From assembly GCA_963664225.1 (NCBI GenBank), contig OY760937.1, forward strand, positions 4,896,001 to 4,960,000: DNA of 64,000 bases, read 5' to 3'. The translations under genes were made by a program, and so were the position numbers. The stretch comes from Verrucomicrobiia bacterium. GTDB lineage: Bacteria > Verrucomicrobiota > Verrucomicrobiia > Limisphaerales > UBA1319. Positions 21,278 through 29,774 of the stretch are shown here, piece by piece; within the stretch, counting starts at the first letter, position 1, and every line of letters starts with the position of its first letter. The notes under the pieces are model-generated. The model ran no database searches. It was given only the letters and a program-made list of their open reading frames with translations, and had not been told where the DNA came from.

Positions 21278-22048
21278 ATGGACGATTCCTTCAAGATCAA
21301 GCTCACCATTGCCTACGACGGCACGGCCTATTCAGGCTGGCAGACGCAGCTCACTGGAATTGGCGTGCAGCAAAAGATCGAGGAGGCGCTGCAATCCCTT
21401 TTCGGAATAAAAACAACGCTTTACAGTTCGAGCCGAACCGATACAGGCGTTCACGCGCTGGGAATGGTGGCCCATTGCGAAGTGCCGGAGCGCTGGCGCA
21501 AGTCACCGCCGGACAAGATTGCGCTGGCCATCAACGCGTATCTGCCTGCGGACATTCGGATCATGTCCGCGCGGCGCTGGCCCAAAAACCGCCATGCGCG
21601 CTTCGATGCGAAGGGCAAGCAATACCGCTACTTCGTCTGGAATTCGCCGGGACACAATCCGCTGCTTCGCACACAGGCCTGGCATGTCGCGCGCGCATTG
21701 GATCTGGTGGCCATGCGAAAAGCGGCGGCGGCTCTGGTGGGAAAACACGATTTTCGATCCTTCGCGGCCAACCGGAACTATGTCACCGTCGATACCGTGC
21801 GCACGTTGATGCGTTGCGACGTCAAGCGGGACGGGCCATTGCTGACGTTCATCATCGAGGGGGACGGTTTTCTCTATAAAATGTGCCGGGGCATTGTGGG
21901 GACGCTGGTCCAGATTGGATTGGGCAAGTTTCCGGCGGAGTCCATTGCGGAGATGTTATCCGCGAAAGATCGCCGCCAGGCCGGCATGACCGCCCCCGCG
22001 CACGGATTGGTATTGTGGAAGGTTTTTTATGCACGTCGTACTCGTTGA
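21278..22048 (+). CDS. truA: tRNA pseudouridine(38-40) synthase
   Basis: YDGTAYSGWQ, SRTDTGVHA, HARF, GKHDFRSF, FLYKMCR, APAHGL. Confidence 0.95.
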   Translation: MDDSFKIKLTIAYDGTAYSGWQTQLTGIGVQQKIEEALQSLFGIKTTLYSSSRTDTGVHALGMVAHCEVPERWRKSPPDKIALAINAYLPADIRIMSARRWPKNRHARFDAKGKQYRYFVWNSPGHNPLLRTQAWHVARALDLVAMRKAAAALVGKHDFRSFAANRNYVTVDTVRTLMRCDVKRDGPLLTFIIEGDGFLYKMCRGIVGTLVQIGLGKFPAESIAEMLSAKDRRQAGMTAPAHGLVLWKVFYARRTR

Positions 22049-22496
22049 GCCGGAGATCCCGCCCAATACCGGCAATGCCGCCCGGCTTTGCGCGGCCACC
22101 AGGACCCAGTTGCACTTGGTTGAGCCGTTCGGTTTCAAGCTCGCAGACAAGGATTTGAAACGGGCGGGAATGGATTACTGGCAGCATGTGCAGTGGCATC
22201 GATGGGCCTCGTGGACGAAGTTTCAGGAGAGTTTGCCCGCCGATGCGCGTCTGTGGTTTGTCGAATCGGATGGCAAACAGCGTTACACGGATGTGGCTTA
22301 CGGGCCGGAGGATTATCTGGTGTTTGGCCGCGAAACGGCGGGACTGCCGCAGGCCCTTTTACGCGAGAACTCCGAGCGCTGGCTGCGCATCCCTATGTTC
22401 AATCCCGATGCGCGTTCGCTCAATTTATCCAACTGCGTCGCCCTCGTGCTTTACGAGGCCCTGCGCCAGCAAAACTTCATTGGCGAGACCGAATAA
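22029..22496 (+). CDS. trmL: tRNA (cytidine/uridine-34 2'-O)-methyltransferase (SPOUT)
   Basis: PEIPPNTGN, LKRAGMDYW, FGRETAGL, RSLNLSN, YEALRQ. Confidence 0.95.
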   Translation: MHVVLVEPEIPPNTGNAARLCAATRTQLHLVEPFGFKLADKDLKRAGMDYWQHVQWHRWASWTKFQESLPADARLWFVESDGKQRYTDVAYGPEDYLVFGRETAGLPQALLRENSERWLRIPMFNPDARSLNLSNCVALVLYEALRQQNFIGETE

Positions 22497-22501
22497 ACGA
22501 A

Positions 22502-22529
22502 AAGGGCGTTCCGGTGTCGAAACGCCCTT
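22502..22529. terminator. Hairpin between convergent trmL and PTS IIA genes (probable terminator)
   Basis: AAGGGCGTT-N10-AACGCCCTT; the A-run on its left reads as a U-tract for the minus strand. Confidence 0.7.
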
Positions 22530-22567
22530 CAAGTGGTGTCAGGCAATTCTGAAGATCGGCGGGTTTC

Positions 22568-23059
22568 CTACATCTTGCTTTCGGCGTCCTTGATCAAGGC
22601 TTGAACTTTTTCGGGTTTATCCGCGACAAGAAGGGCCTTGCGTAGTTTGGGATCGCGCAGCAGACGACTGAGCCGGCCCAGAATTTGGAGGTGCTGGCTG
22701 ACGTTGGGCGCGACCAATAGGAAGAACAGGCGTGCCGGGCTGTTATCCACGGAACCAAAGGCGACGCCCTGGTTGTGACGGCCAAAAACGACGACCGGGT
22801 CGTCCACCAAACCGACGAGGGCATTGCGGCAGTGGGGCAGGGCGATGCCGTCCCCGATGCCCGTGCTGCAGAGTTGCTCGCGATCCTGGAGGGCGCGCAA
22901 GAGAGTGTTCTTGGCGCTCGGTTGGTTGGTCAGTTCCGGGATTTTGTTGACCAACTCCTCAAGGACGGCGTCCCGGGAGGCCCCGTGGAGGTCCAGGTCG
23001 ATCCGCTCGGTTTTGAACAAAGGGGTGAGGATGAGTCGCGGTGCTGTTTGAGTTTCCAT
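22568..23059 (-). CDS. PTS IIA (PtsN/fructose-type) protein
   Basis: DREQLCSTGIGDGIALPHCR; HLQILGRLSRLL. Confidence 0.9.
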   Translation of the reverse strand: METQTAPRLILTPLFKTERIDLDLHGASRDAVLEELVNKIPELTNQPSAKNTLLRALQDREQLCSTGIGDGIALPHCRNALVGLVDDPVVVFGRHNQGVAFGSVDNSPARLFFLLVAPNVSQHLQILGRLSRLLRDPKLRKALLVADKPEKVQALIKDAESKM

Positions 23060-23071
23060 AAGCAATCAATA

Positions 23072-24454
23072 TTAATCCAAAAATTTACCGGGATTCAAAA
23101 TACCTTTCGGGTCGAGCGCTTTCTTAATGGTTTTATGAAAGGCATGGACTTCCGGGGCGATGGCCATGTGCCACCACGGTTTTCGCGACAGCCCAATGCC
23201 ATGCTCGCCGGTCAGCACTCCGCCCCAGTCGAGTATCTGACGGAACAGGGCATCGAGGACCTGTCGGCAGCGGGTATCCACATTGGGCAGGTTTTTATCG
23301 ACCATGACGTTGACATGGATGTTGCCATCTCCGGCATGGCCAAAGCAGGCAATTGGAAAGCCGTATTGTTTTTGAAGGCGCGCGGTGAATTTGAACAGAT
23401 CGACCAGGCGTCCGCGGGGCACGGTGATGTCCTCGTTGAGTTTCTGCAGGCCGGTGTCGCGGAGGGCGTAGGAAAACTCCCGGCGGAGTTGCCAGATCTT
23501 TTCGCAGGCTTCTGCGCCATATTCCATGCGCACGAATTTGGGATTGCAGGCGCGAACGATTTTTTCAACAGCCTTGATTTCCTGGCGCACGGAACCTTCC
23601 TGGCCGTCCAACTCCACGATCAGGTGCGCCTTGCATCCGGCGAGCAAATCGCTGCCGGTGCGTTTGTGGGCGGCGGCCAGCGTGAAGGCGTCGGCCACTT
23701 CGAGAGCGGAGGGCAGGAAACCTGCGGCAAAAATCGCGCGGATGGCCTTGGCGTCGTCCGTCATCGAATGGAAACCCACGGACAGACAGGAACGGAACGG
23801 GGGCAGGGGAATCAATTTCAACGTGGCCTCTGTGATCAGGCCAAGCATTCCTTCCGAGCCAACGAACACGCGTGAGAGATCGAAGCCGGTTTTGTTTTTG
23901 TGCGTGCGGCTGCCCAGTTTCAGAATGGTGCCGTCGGCCAGCACGACTTCCAGGCCCAGCACGTAGTCGCGCGTCACGCCATATTTGAGACAACGGGGGC
24001 CGCCCGCATTGGTTGCTATATTGCCCCCGATGAAACATTCACCCCGGCTGGCCGGATCCGGTGGATAGCATAGCCCGCGCTTCTCCACCGCTTTCTGGAG
24101 TTTTTCCGTGATCACGCCCGGCTGCACAACGGCCACAAAATCGTTTCGATCAATCTGTTTGATGCGGCGCATCCCGGCCATGGAAATTACGATGCCGCCC
24201 TCTACGGGGACGCATCCCCCGGCGTAACCGCAACCGGCGCCCCTGGGGGTGACGGGAATGCGATGCTGGTTCGCGAACTTAAGGATTTTTGAAACGGTTT
24301 GGGCGGTTTTGGGAATGGCCACCGCGTCGGGCATGTGTGTGGCAGTCCATTTATCGCCCGCATGCGCCTTGAGTGTTTCGTCATCCAGGAAGAATTCTCC
24401 GGGTGGCAGCTCCTTTTGCAATAATTTGAGCAGCGAAAGATCGGTTTGCTTCAT
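23072..24454 (-). CDS. FAD-linked oxidase (GlcD / D-2-hydroxyacid dehydrogenase family)
   Basis: PRGAG.G..GG, YPPDPAS, GGNIATNAGG, KYGVTRDYV, GSEGMLG, GHAGDGNIH, GEHGIG, DP.GILNPGK. Confidence 0.9.
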   Translation of the reverse strand: MKQTDLSLLKLLQKELPPGEFFLDDETLKAHAGDKWTATHMPDAVAIPKTAQTVSKILKFANQHRIPVTPRGAGCGYAGGCVPVEGGIVISMAGMRRIKQIDRNDFVAVVQPGVITEKLQKAVEKRGLCYPPDPASRGECFIGGNIATNAGGPRCLKYGVTRDYVLGLEVVLADGTILKLGSRTHKNKTGFDLSRVFVGSEGMLGLITEATLKLIPLPPFRSCLSVGFHSMTDDAKAIRAIFAAGFLPSALEVADAFTLAAAHKRTGSDLLAGCKAHLIVELDGQEGSVRQEIKAVEKIVRACNPKFVRMEYGAEACEKIWQLRREFSYALRDTGLQKLNEDITVPRGRLVDLFKFTARLQKQYGFPIACFGHAGDGNIHVNVMVDKNLPNVDTRCRQVLDALFRQILDWGGVLTGEHGIGLSRKPWWHMAIAPEVHAFHKTIKKALDPKGILNPGKFLD

Positions 24455-24462
24455 TGTATTAT

Positions 24463-24675
24463 CTAGTGGTCCGCAGCCAGCAATGCGCGGGCATCCTCAG
24501 CGGATTCCTTTGGAACGCTTATCTTGATGCCGCCGACGGCGTTGGCGCCGCCTGCGGTGCTCAATGCGGGCAATTCGCCCGCGACATCCACAGAAAACCC
24601 CGCCGCCTCCAGACGTGAGCGGACCAAATCCGCATCTCCGGGATTGAGCGCCAAATGCACGCAGACCCAATTCAT
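24463..24675 (-). CDS. DUF2007-type small protein
   Basis: A.LVRSRLEAAG...I.V....AEDARALL pattern. Confidence 0.75.
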   Translation of the reverse strand: MNWVCVHLALNPGDADLVRSRLEAAGFSVDVAGELPALSTAGGANAVGGIKISVPKESAEDARALLAADH

Positions 24676-24764
24676 ATTAAAACGAATATAGGAGCAAACC
24701 GTTCGCTTTCAACTTGAAAACCCCGGGTTTTGCGGTTCATCCCGCGTCCCGGCCGCAACCTGAT

Positions 24765-24945
24765 GGCAGGGCGTGCAAGTCCTCTGCGCGCCGCCTGTCC
24801 ACCCCACGCGGCCGCATTTTACGAATCGCCCAAACTTTCCCGCAACCCCCATGCCGCTCCTTCTCTTGGGGGAAGGCCGGGATGTGGGCGGTTGTCCATT
24901 CATATCTGACTTTTGCCGGACCCTCAATCGGTGCCCGGCCATTCC
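24765..24945. repeat. Composite intergenic repeat: REP family B (24765-24795) plus an element of about 90 bp (24857-24945) also at 50190-50280
   Basis: Shared CTCCTTCTC.TGGGGG..AAGGCCGGGATG.GGGCGG...GACTTTTGCCGGACCCTCAATCGG.GCCCGGCCATTCC. Confidence 0.85.
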
Positions 24946-25203
24946 TAAAACACTTGCTATAATCGTTTGGAATTTATTTCCATGGCTTTTTAACGGTCTT
25001 TTTCACTTGCCGAAAAATTATCTCATGCACCCAAATACAATAATTGGTTCAAAACGATCTTTTCTTTCTGTTTTATTGTGTCATGATCGTCACCAATCCA
25101 ACTGCGAGTTGTTGCGTGTGGGGAACCGCCTGGGACCGTTGTTTGAAACTACTTGAGTCATTGCAATTACTGCGCACAGAATCGTAATGGATGGGAAACC
25201 CAA

Positions 25204-26346
25204 ATGAAAACTGCTGAAACTCTCTTCGTGAGCTGGATGGCCTTCGCGGCTTTGGCGTCCGAATCCCCTGAGGCTTTGGCCCAAACCGTAAGCCTCGAGA
25301 TCGAGGCCATTGACTCATCGCCACACTTGACCATCCACAGCGATCTGGGAGTGACCAATGTGATCGAATATGCGGAAGCGCTGGCGACCAACCAATGGCA
25401 CGTCTTGACCAATCTCATGGTAACCAACAATCCATACGTAGTGGTGGATGTAGGATCGGTCGCTCAGCGGTTTTATCGCGTGCTGATTCCCGGGGATACC
25501 AACACTTCCACGGGGATGGCCCTGATTCCGGCGGGGTCATTTACGATGGGGGACAGTCTGGACGGTGAGAGTTTCGCCTTGCCGACGCACACAGTTCAGG
25601 TGAGCGCGTTTTTCATGGACAAATATGAGGTAACGAAGGCGCTATGGGATTCGGTCTATGTTTGGGCCGTGGCGCATGGGTACAGCTTTGACAAAGCAGG
25701 CTTGGGTAAAGCGTCTAATCACCCGGTGCAGACGGTGAATTGGTATGACGTGGTGAAGTGGTGCAATGCACGGAGCGAAAAAGAGGGGCTGGTTCCTGCG
25801 TATTACACGGATACGGCGCAGACCAAGGTCTATCGCACGGGGCAGGTGAGCGTGCAAAATGATTGGGTGAAGTGGAATGCGGGGTATCGTTTGCCGACGG
25901 AGGCGGAATGGGAGAAGGCGGCCCGTGGCGGAGCCAGCGGGAAGCGGTTTCCATGGGGTGACACGATCACCCACAGCCAGGCCAATTATTACAGCACTAC
26001 TTCTTATGCCTATGACATAAGTCCTACGCGGGGTTGGCATCCGAGCTACGACAGCGATCCTTATCCCTACACAAGTCCTGTGGGATCTTTTTCTCCAAAC
26101 GGGTATGGATTGCATGACATGGCAGGGAACGTGTGGGAGTGGTGCTGGGATTGGGTTGGGTCGTATTCGAGCGGATCGCAGACTGATCCACATGGACCCA
26201 CATCGGGCTCGAGCCGTATGCTTCGCGGTGGCGGTTGGCACGATCCCGCCAACAGATGCGGGGTTGCGTACCGCTACGGCTACTGGCCGGGCGTCGGGCA
26301 CGACCTCATCGGGTTTCGGTCCGTCCTGCCCGCAAGTCAGCCATGA
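25204..26346 (+). CDS. Secreted FGE-sulfatase (SUMF1, C-type lectin fold) domain protein
   Basis: IPAGSFTMG, MDKYEVT, HPV..VNW, YRLPTEAEWEKAARGG, GLHDMAGNVWEWCWD, RGGGW, GFR. Confidence 0.92.
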   Translation: MKTAETLFVSWMAFAALASESPEALAQTVSLEIEAIDSSPHLTIHSDLGVTNVIEYAEALATNQWHVLTNLMVTNNPYVVVDVGSVAQRFYRVLIPGDTNTSTGMALIPAGSFTMGDSLDGESFALPTHTVQVSAFFMDKYEVTKALWDSVYVWAVAHGYSFDKAGLGKASNHPVQTVNWYDVVKWCNARSEKEGLVPAYYTDTAQTKVYRTGQVSVQNDWVKWNAGYRLPTEAEWEKAARGGASGKRFPWGDTITHSQANYYSTTSYAYDISPTRGWHPSYDSDPYPYTSPVGSFSPNGYGLHDMAGNVWEWCWDWVGSYSSGSQTDPHGPTSGSSRMLRGGGWHDPANRCGVAYRYGYWPGVGHDLIGFRSVLPASQP

Positions 26347-26773
26347 GCAGTTTGAAGGGAATTGCCCGGAGCAAAAAATATATAACCGCGATTCTTGATG
26401 CACGAAATGGGCCATCCTGCGCCGCAGCGAAATTTAGTTCGCGTGCCCTCATGCTGGTGTCCCCGGAGCGCCGGTCTCCTGACCGACTTACGACCTTCTC
26501 AACTCCATCGTTTTCAAATGACCGTGAACTCCGCACGCTGGTTCTGCCGTTTCCCCAAAACCGGTTTAAATTCAGCGCACTGCCACGGCTGTTTTCCAAA
26601 CTCCTGAATGTCATGCACCCTCCATCTGGAGGCCGGTTGATGTTGATTTGACGCAGGTTTTTCAATGGAACAGTTGCAGCGACAGCCATCCGGAAAGGCC
26701 GGTGGCCTATTTGACGCGTGAGTGAATTCATGGTAAGTACCTCAAGTATATAATTAACAACCTACGGTTAAAT

Positions 26774-27250
26774 ATGAGACAAAGTTCAATCGTTTTAAGA
26801 ACACGCACCATTGGTAAGATTGCCGTCCTTTCCGCTCTTTGTGTTGGATTCTTGCCGACATTGACATTCGCTGAGGACGCGCCCATTGACGCGAAGGTCG
26901 AAGCCATTCTCAAGGAGGCGGATGCGGCAAAGCTGCCTGCGGTTTCCGACAAGAAAGTGGATTTCACGAAGGATATTCAGCCCATTTTCAAGAAATCCTG
27001 CATGGATTGCCACGACGCGGATGGCGCGATGGGCAAATTCCGGGTGGACAAAAAAGAGACCGCGATGAAAGGCGGCGAAAAGGGTCCGGCCATTGTGGCG
27101 GGCAAAAGCGCGAAAAGCCCCATCGTTTTCTATGTCTCGGGCTTGATCAAGGACATGCAGATGCCGCCCAAGGATCAAGGCGATCCGCTCACCAAAGATC
27201 AAATCGGCTTGCTGCGGGCCTGGATCGATCAAGGCGCAAAGTGGGAATGA
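26774..27250 (+). CDS. Planctomycete-type monoheme cytochrome c domain protein
   Basis: Signal peptide; VDFTKDIQPIF..SCMDCH, GPAIVAG, MPP, WIDQGA. Confidence 0.88.
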   Translation: MRQSSIVLRTRTIGKIAVLSALCVGFLPTLTFAEDAPIDAKVEAILKEADAAKLPAVSDKKVDFTKDIQPIFKKSCMDCHDADGAMGKFRVDKKETAMKGGEKGPAIVAGKSAKSPIVFYVSGLIKDMQMPPKDQGDPLTKDQIGLLRAWIDQGAKWE

Positions 27251-27333
27251 AACTTTGGCGATTAACTGCTTGATAAAACCGCGCAAACCATGGAGTATGC
27301 GCACATCCAACTTACACATTTACCGTTTATTAC

Positions 27334-27675
27334 ATGAGTACGACGAGTGAGCAGAAGTATGTGACCATTGACTCGGGGAATTTTGAATCCGAAGTGTTGA
27401 AATCGAACGTGCCTGTCCTGGTTGATTTTTGGGCGACCTGGTGTGGCCCCTGCCGTATGATCGGCCCGATCCTGGAAGAGATTGCCACCGAATATGCCGG
27501 CAAGGCCAAAGTGGCCAAAGTGGACGTGGATCAAAACCAGGGCCTGGCCGAGCAATTTCAAGTGCGCAGCGTGCCGACCCTTCTGATTTTCAAGAATGGC
27601 GGTGTGGTTGAGCAACTCGTGGGCGCGGTATCCAAAAAGGTGCTCACCACGCGTTTGGACACCCATCTGGTGTAG
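27334..27675 (+). CDS. trxA: Thioredoxin
   Basis: VDFWATWCGPC. Confidence 0.95.
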   Translation: MSTTSEQKYVTIDSGNFESEVLKSNVPVLVDFWATWCGPCRMIGPILEEIATEYAGKAKVAKVDVDQNQGLAEQFQVRSVPTLLIFKNGGVVEQLVGAVSKKVLTTRLDTHLV

Positions 27676-27815
27676 CATTGGCATGGCATTTCAACCTCCG
27701 GCCGTGGAACTTATAAACGGTCGGCATTGGAATTGTCCCTAAATTTGGGCGGGCATATTGGAAGCCCGCCATCCGACAAAAATTGATTGGCAACAAAGGA
27801 AGGCGCAAGCCAGGG

Positions 27816-28778
27816 ATGAAAGCAATTCGTGTTCACCAAACGGGCGGTCCGGAAGTATTGCAGCTTCAGGACATGCCGGAACTTAAACCCGCGCCTGGCC
27901 AGATTCTCATAAAAATTCGCGCCGTCGGCGTGAATCCGGTTGAGACCTACATTCGTTCCGGTTCCTACGCGCGCAAAGTCAACCTTCCCTATACTCCCGG
28001 CACCGACGCCGCCGGTGTCGTCGAGGCGGTGGATGCGTCCGTCGGCTTCATCAAACCTGGCGATCGCGTTTACACTTCCGGCACCATCACCGGCGCTTAC
28101 GCCGAGTATGCCCTGTGCAGCGAGTTTCAAGTGCATCGATTGCCCGCCTCTGTTTCCTTTGCCCAGGGGGCTTCTGTGGGGCTTCCCTATGCCACCGCTT
28201 ATCGCGCGCTTTTCCAGCGGGCCCGCGCGGTTGCCGGTGAAGTGGTCTTTGTCCATGGCGCCAGCGGAGGCGTCGGCATTGCCTCGGTGCAATTGGCGCG
28301 CGCGGCGGGTTTGACAATCATCGGCACGGCCGGAACAGTTCAAGGCCGCCAGCTTGCGGCCGAACAGGGTTGTCATTTCGTGCTCGACCATCGCGATCCC
28401 GATTATCTCGAGCAGGCCAAGGCGCACGCGGGCGGACGGGGCATGGACGTGATCCTGGAAATGCTGGCCAACATGAATTTGGGCAAGGATCTTTCCCTGC
28501 TGACGCGGGGCGGACGGGTGGTGATCATTGGCAGCCGGGGCAATGTCGAAATCAATCCCAGGGATGTCATGAGCCGTGATGCCGAGATCCTGGGCATGAC
28601 GCTTTTCAACGCCTCAGAAATGGCCCTCACCAGCATTCATGCGGCCCTGGTGGCCGGCTTGGAGAATGGCACCTTGAGGCCTGTGATCGGCCAGGAACTG
28701 CCATTGGCCGAAGCCCCTCGCGCGCACACCGCGATCATGGAGCCGGGCGCCCTGGGAAAAATCGTCCTGATTCCCTGA
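27816..28778 (+). CDS. NADPH:quinone reductase (zeta-crystallin-like MDR)
   Basis: MKAIRV...GGPEVL, GVNPVE, PYTPG.D, HGASGGVG, GKIVL. Confidence 0.9.
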   Translation: MKAIRVHQTGGPEVLQLQDMPELKPAPGQILIKIRAVGVNPVETYIRSGSYARKVNLPYTPGTDAAGVVEAVDASVGFIKPGDRVYTSGTITGAYAEYALCSEFQVHRLPASVSFAQGASVGLPYATAYRALFQRARAVAGEVVFVHGASGGVGIASVQLARAAGLTIIGTAGTVQGRQLAAEQGCHFVLDHRDPDYLEQAKAHAGGRGMDVILEMLANMNLGKDLSLLTRGGRVVIIGSRGNVEINPRDVMSRDAEILGMTLFNASEMALTSIHAALVAGLENGTLRPVIGQELPLAEAPRAHTAIMEPGALGKIVLIP

Positions 28779-28793
28779 TCAGCAGCCACCCGG

Positions 28794-29759
28794 CTAAGGC
28801 GAAACGCTTTTCGCCCGGTAGAACAGGTGTCCTTGGTTTTGCGCCACGGAATCGACGATATCCAGAGTCCCGTTGGCTCCCGTCGCCGCCGTTTTCACCG
28901 TGATCCAGTTCGTCATGTTGCCCGAGGATTCAATCGTATAAGTCCGGTTCGTCTCCCCCATGAGTCGCAGCGAAAACTGCCCTTGAGCCGGTGGTGACAA
29001 GGCCTGCAATCGGGGTTGCATCACGATGCTGGGTGGAGGCTGGCTCAATGCGAGCATCTCGAAATTGTCGAAAACCAGGTAATTATCCCCCGGCGCCCCC
29101 GGATTTCGAATCATCCACACCGCATCCATGTCGCTGAAATTCAAGTTGCGTCCCGTGGGGCTGATGGGTTGGCGTGAGACAATGGTGTTTTGATTGAAAA
29201 TGGCGCTCCATAGATTTCTCTTAAAATCCATTTCGATCACCAACTCATATTCCGTCCCCTTGGTGTAGCTGGCTCCTGTGGATGTGAAATTGGTCGCCGC
29301 TTGTAGGAGATAAGAAATGGCCTGGTTCTCGCCGTCGAAATCCAGGCTGAAAAGCCTCTCGTTGCTCATATTATAGACGCTCCAGCGAAAATCGTCCCGT
29401 TGCGCCTTGGTGGAGTCGAAAATCGCCATGAGCACCGAAAACCGCAGGTAAGGGTAGAGATTGGTGGTCGGCACTACCTGCAGCGGATGCCATAGATTGA
29501 GCTGGTCGTTGGTCACCGCGCCATAGCCCAGGAAAGCCTGCTGTCCCAGCCCGGTGAACACGTCGGAGATCAAGCCGTTGCCGCCGTCATAATCGGCCAG
29601 CCAGCCGTTCTGTCCCGCCACGGTGTAGCCCGAAACATAACCATCGGATAATTCAAACCCGGTGCTGTATAAAACAGTGTTTGTGGCGGGTTGCGCCAAT
29701 AGGGTCATTGGACCGGTCAGTGCAAGAATGGCCGATAAAACGGCGATTATATTTTTCAT
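28794..29759 (-). CDS. Secreted hypothetical protein with the shared C-terminal module
   Basis: Signal peptide; GFE...GQNGW; C-terminus YTIESS...TNW...LFYRA. Confidence 0.75.
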   Translation of the reverse strand: MKNIIAVLSAILALTGPMTLLAQPATNTVLYSTGFELSDGYVSGYTVAGQNGWLADYDGGNGLISDVFTGLGQQAFLGYGAVTNDQLNLWHPLQVVPTTNLYPYLRFSVLMAIFDSTKAQRDDFRWSVYNMSNERLFSLDFDGENQAISYLLQAATNFTSTGASYTKGTEYELVIEMDFKRNLWSAIFNQNTIVSRQPISPTGRNLNFSDMDAVWMIRNPGAPGDNYLVFDNFEMLALSQPPPSIVMQPRLQALSPPAQGQFSLRLMGETNRTYTIESSGNMTNWITVKTAATGANGTLDIVDSVAQNQGHLFYRAKSVSP

Positions 29760-29774
29760 TTGAGTTGCGCGGCC

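Noticed and set aside
25204..26730. Complete DGR cassette
   Set aside because: No reverse transcriptase, Avd or template repeat was found in the window; only a possible target is reported.
26306..26731. 141-aa minus-strand ORF between the FGE and cytochrome c genes
   Set aside because: No recognisable motif and it overlaps the FGE gene end; cannot be supported.
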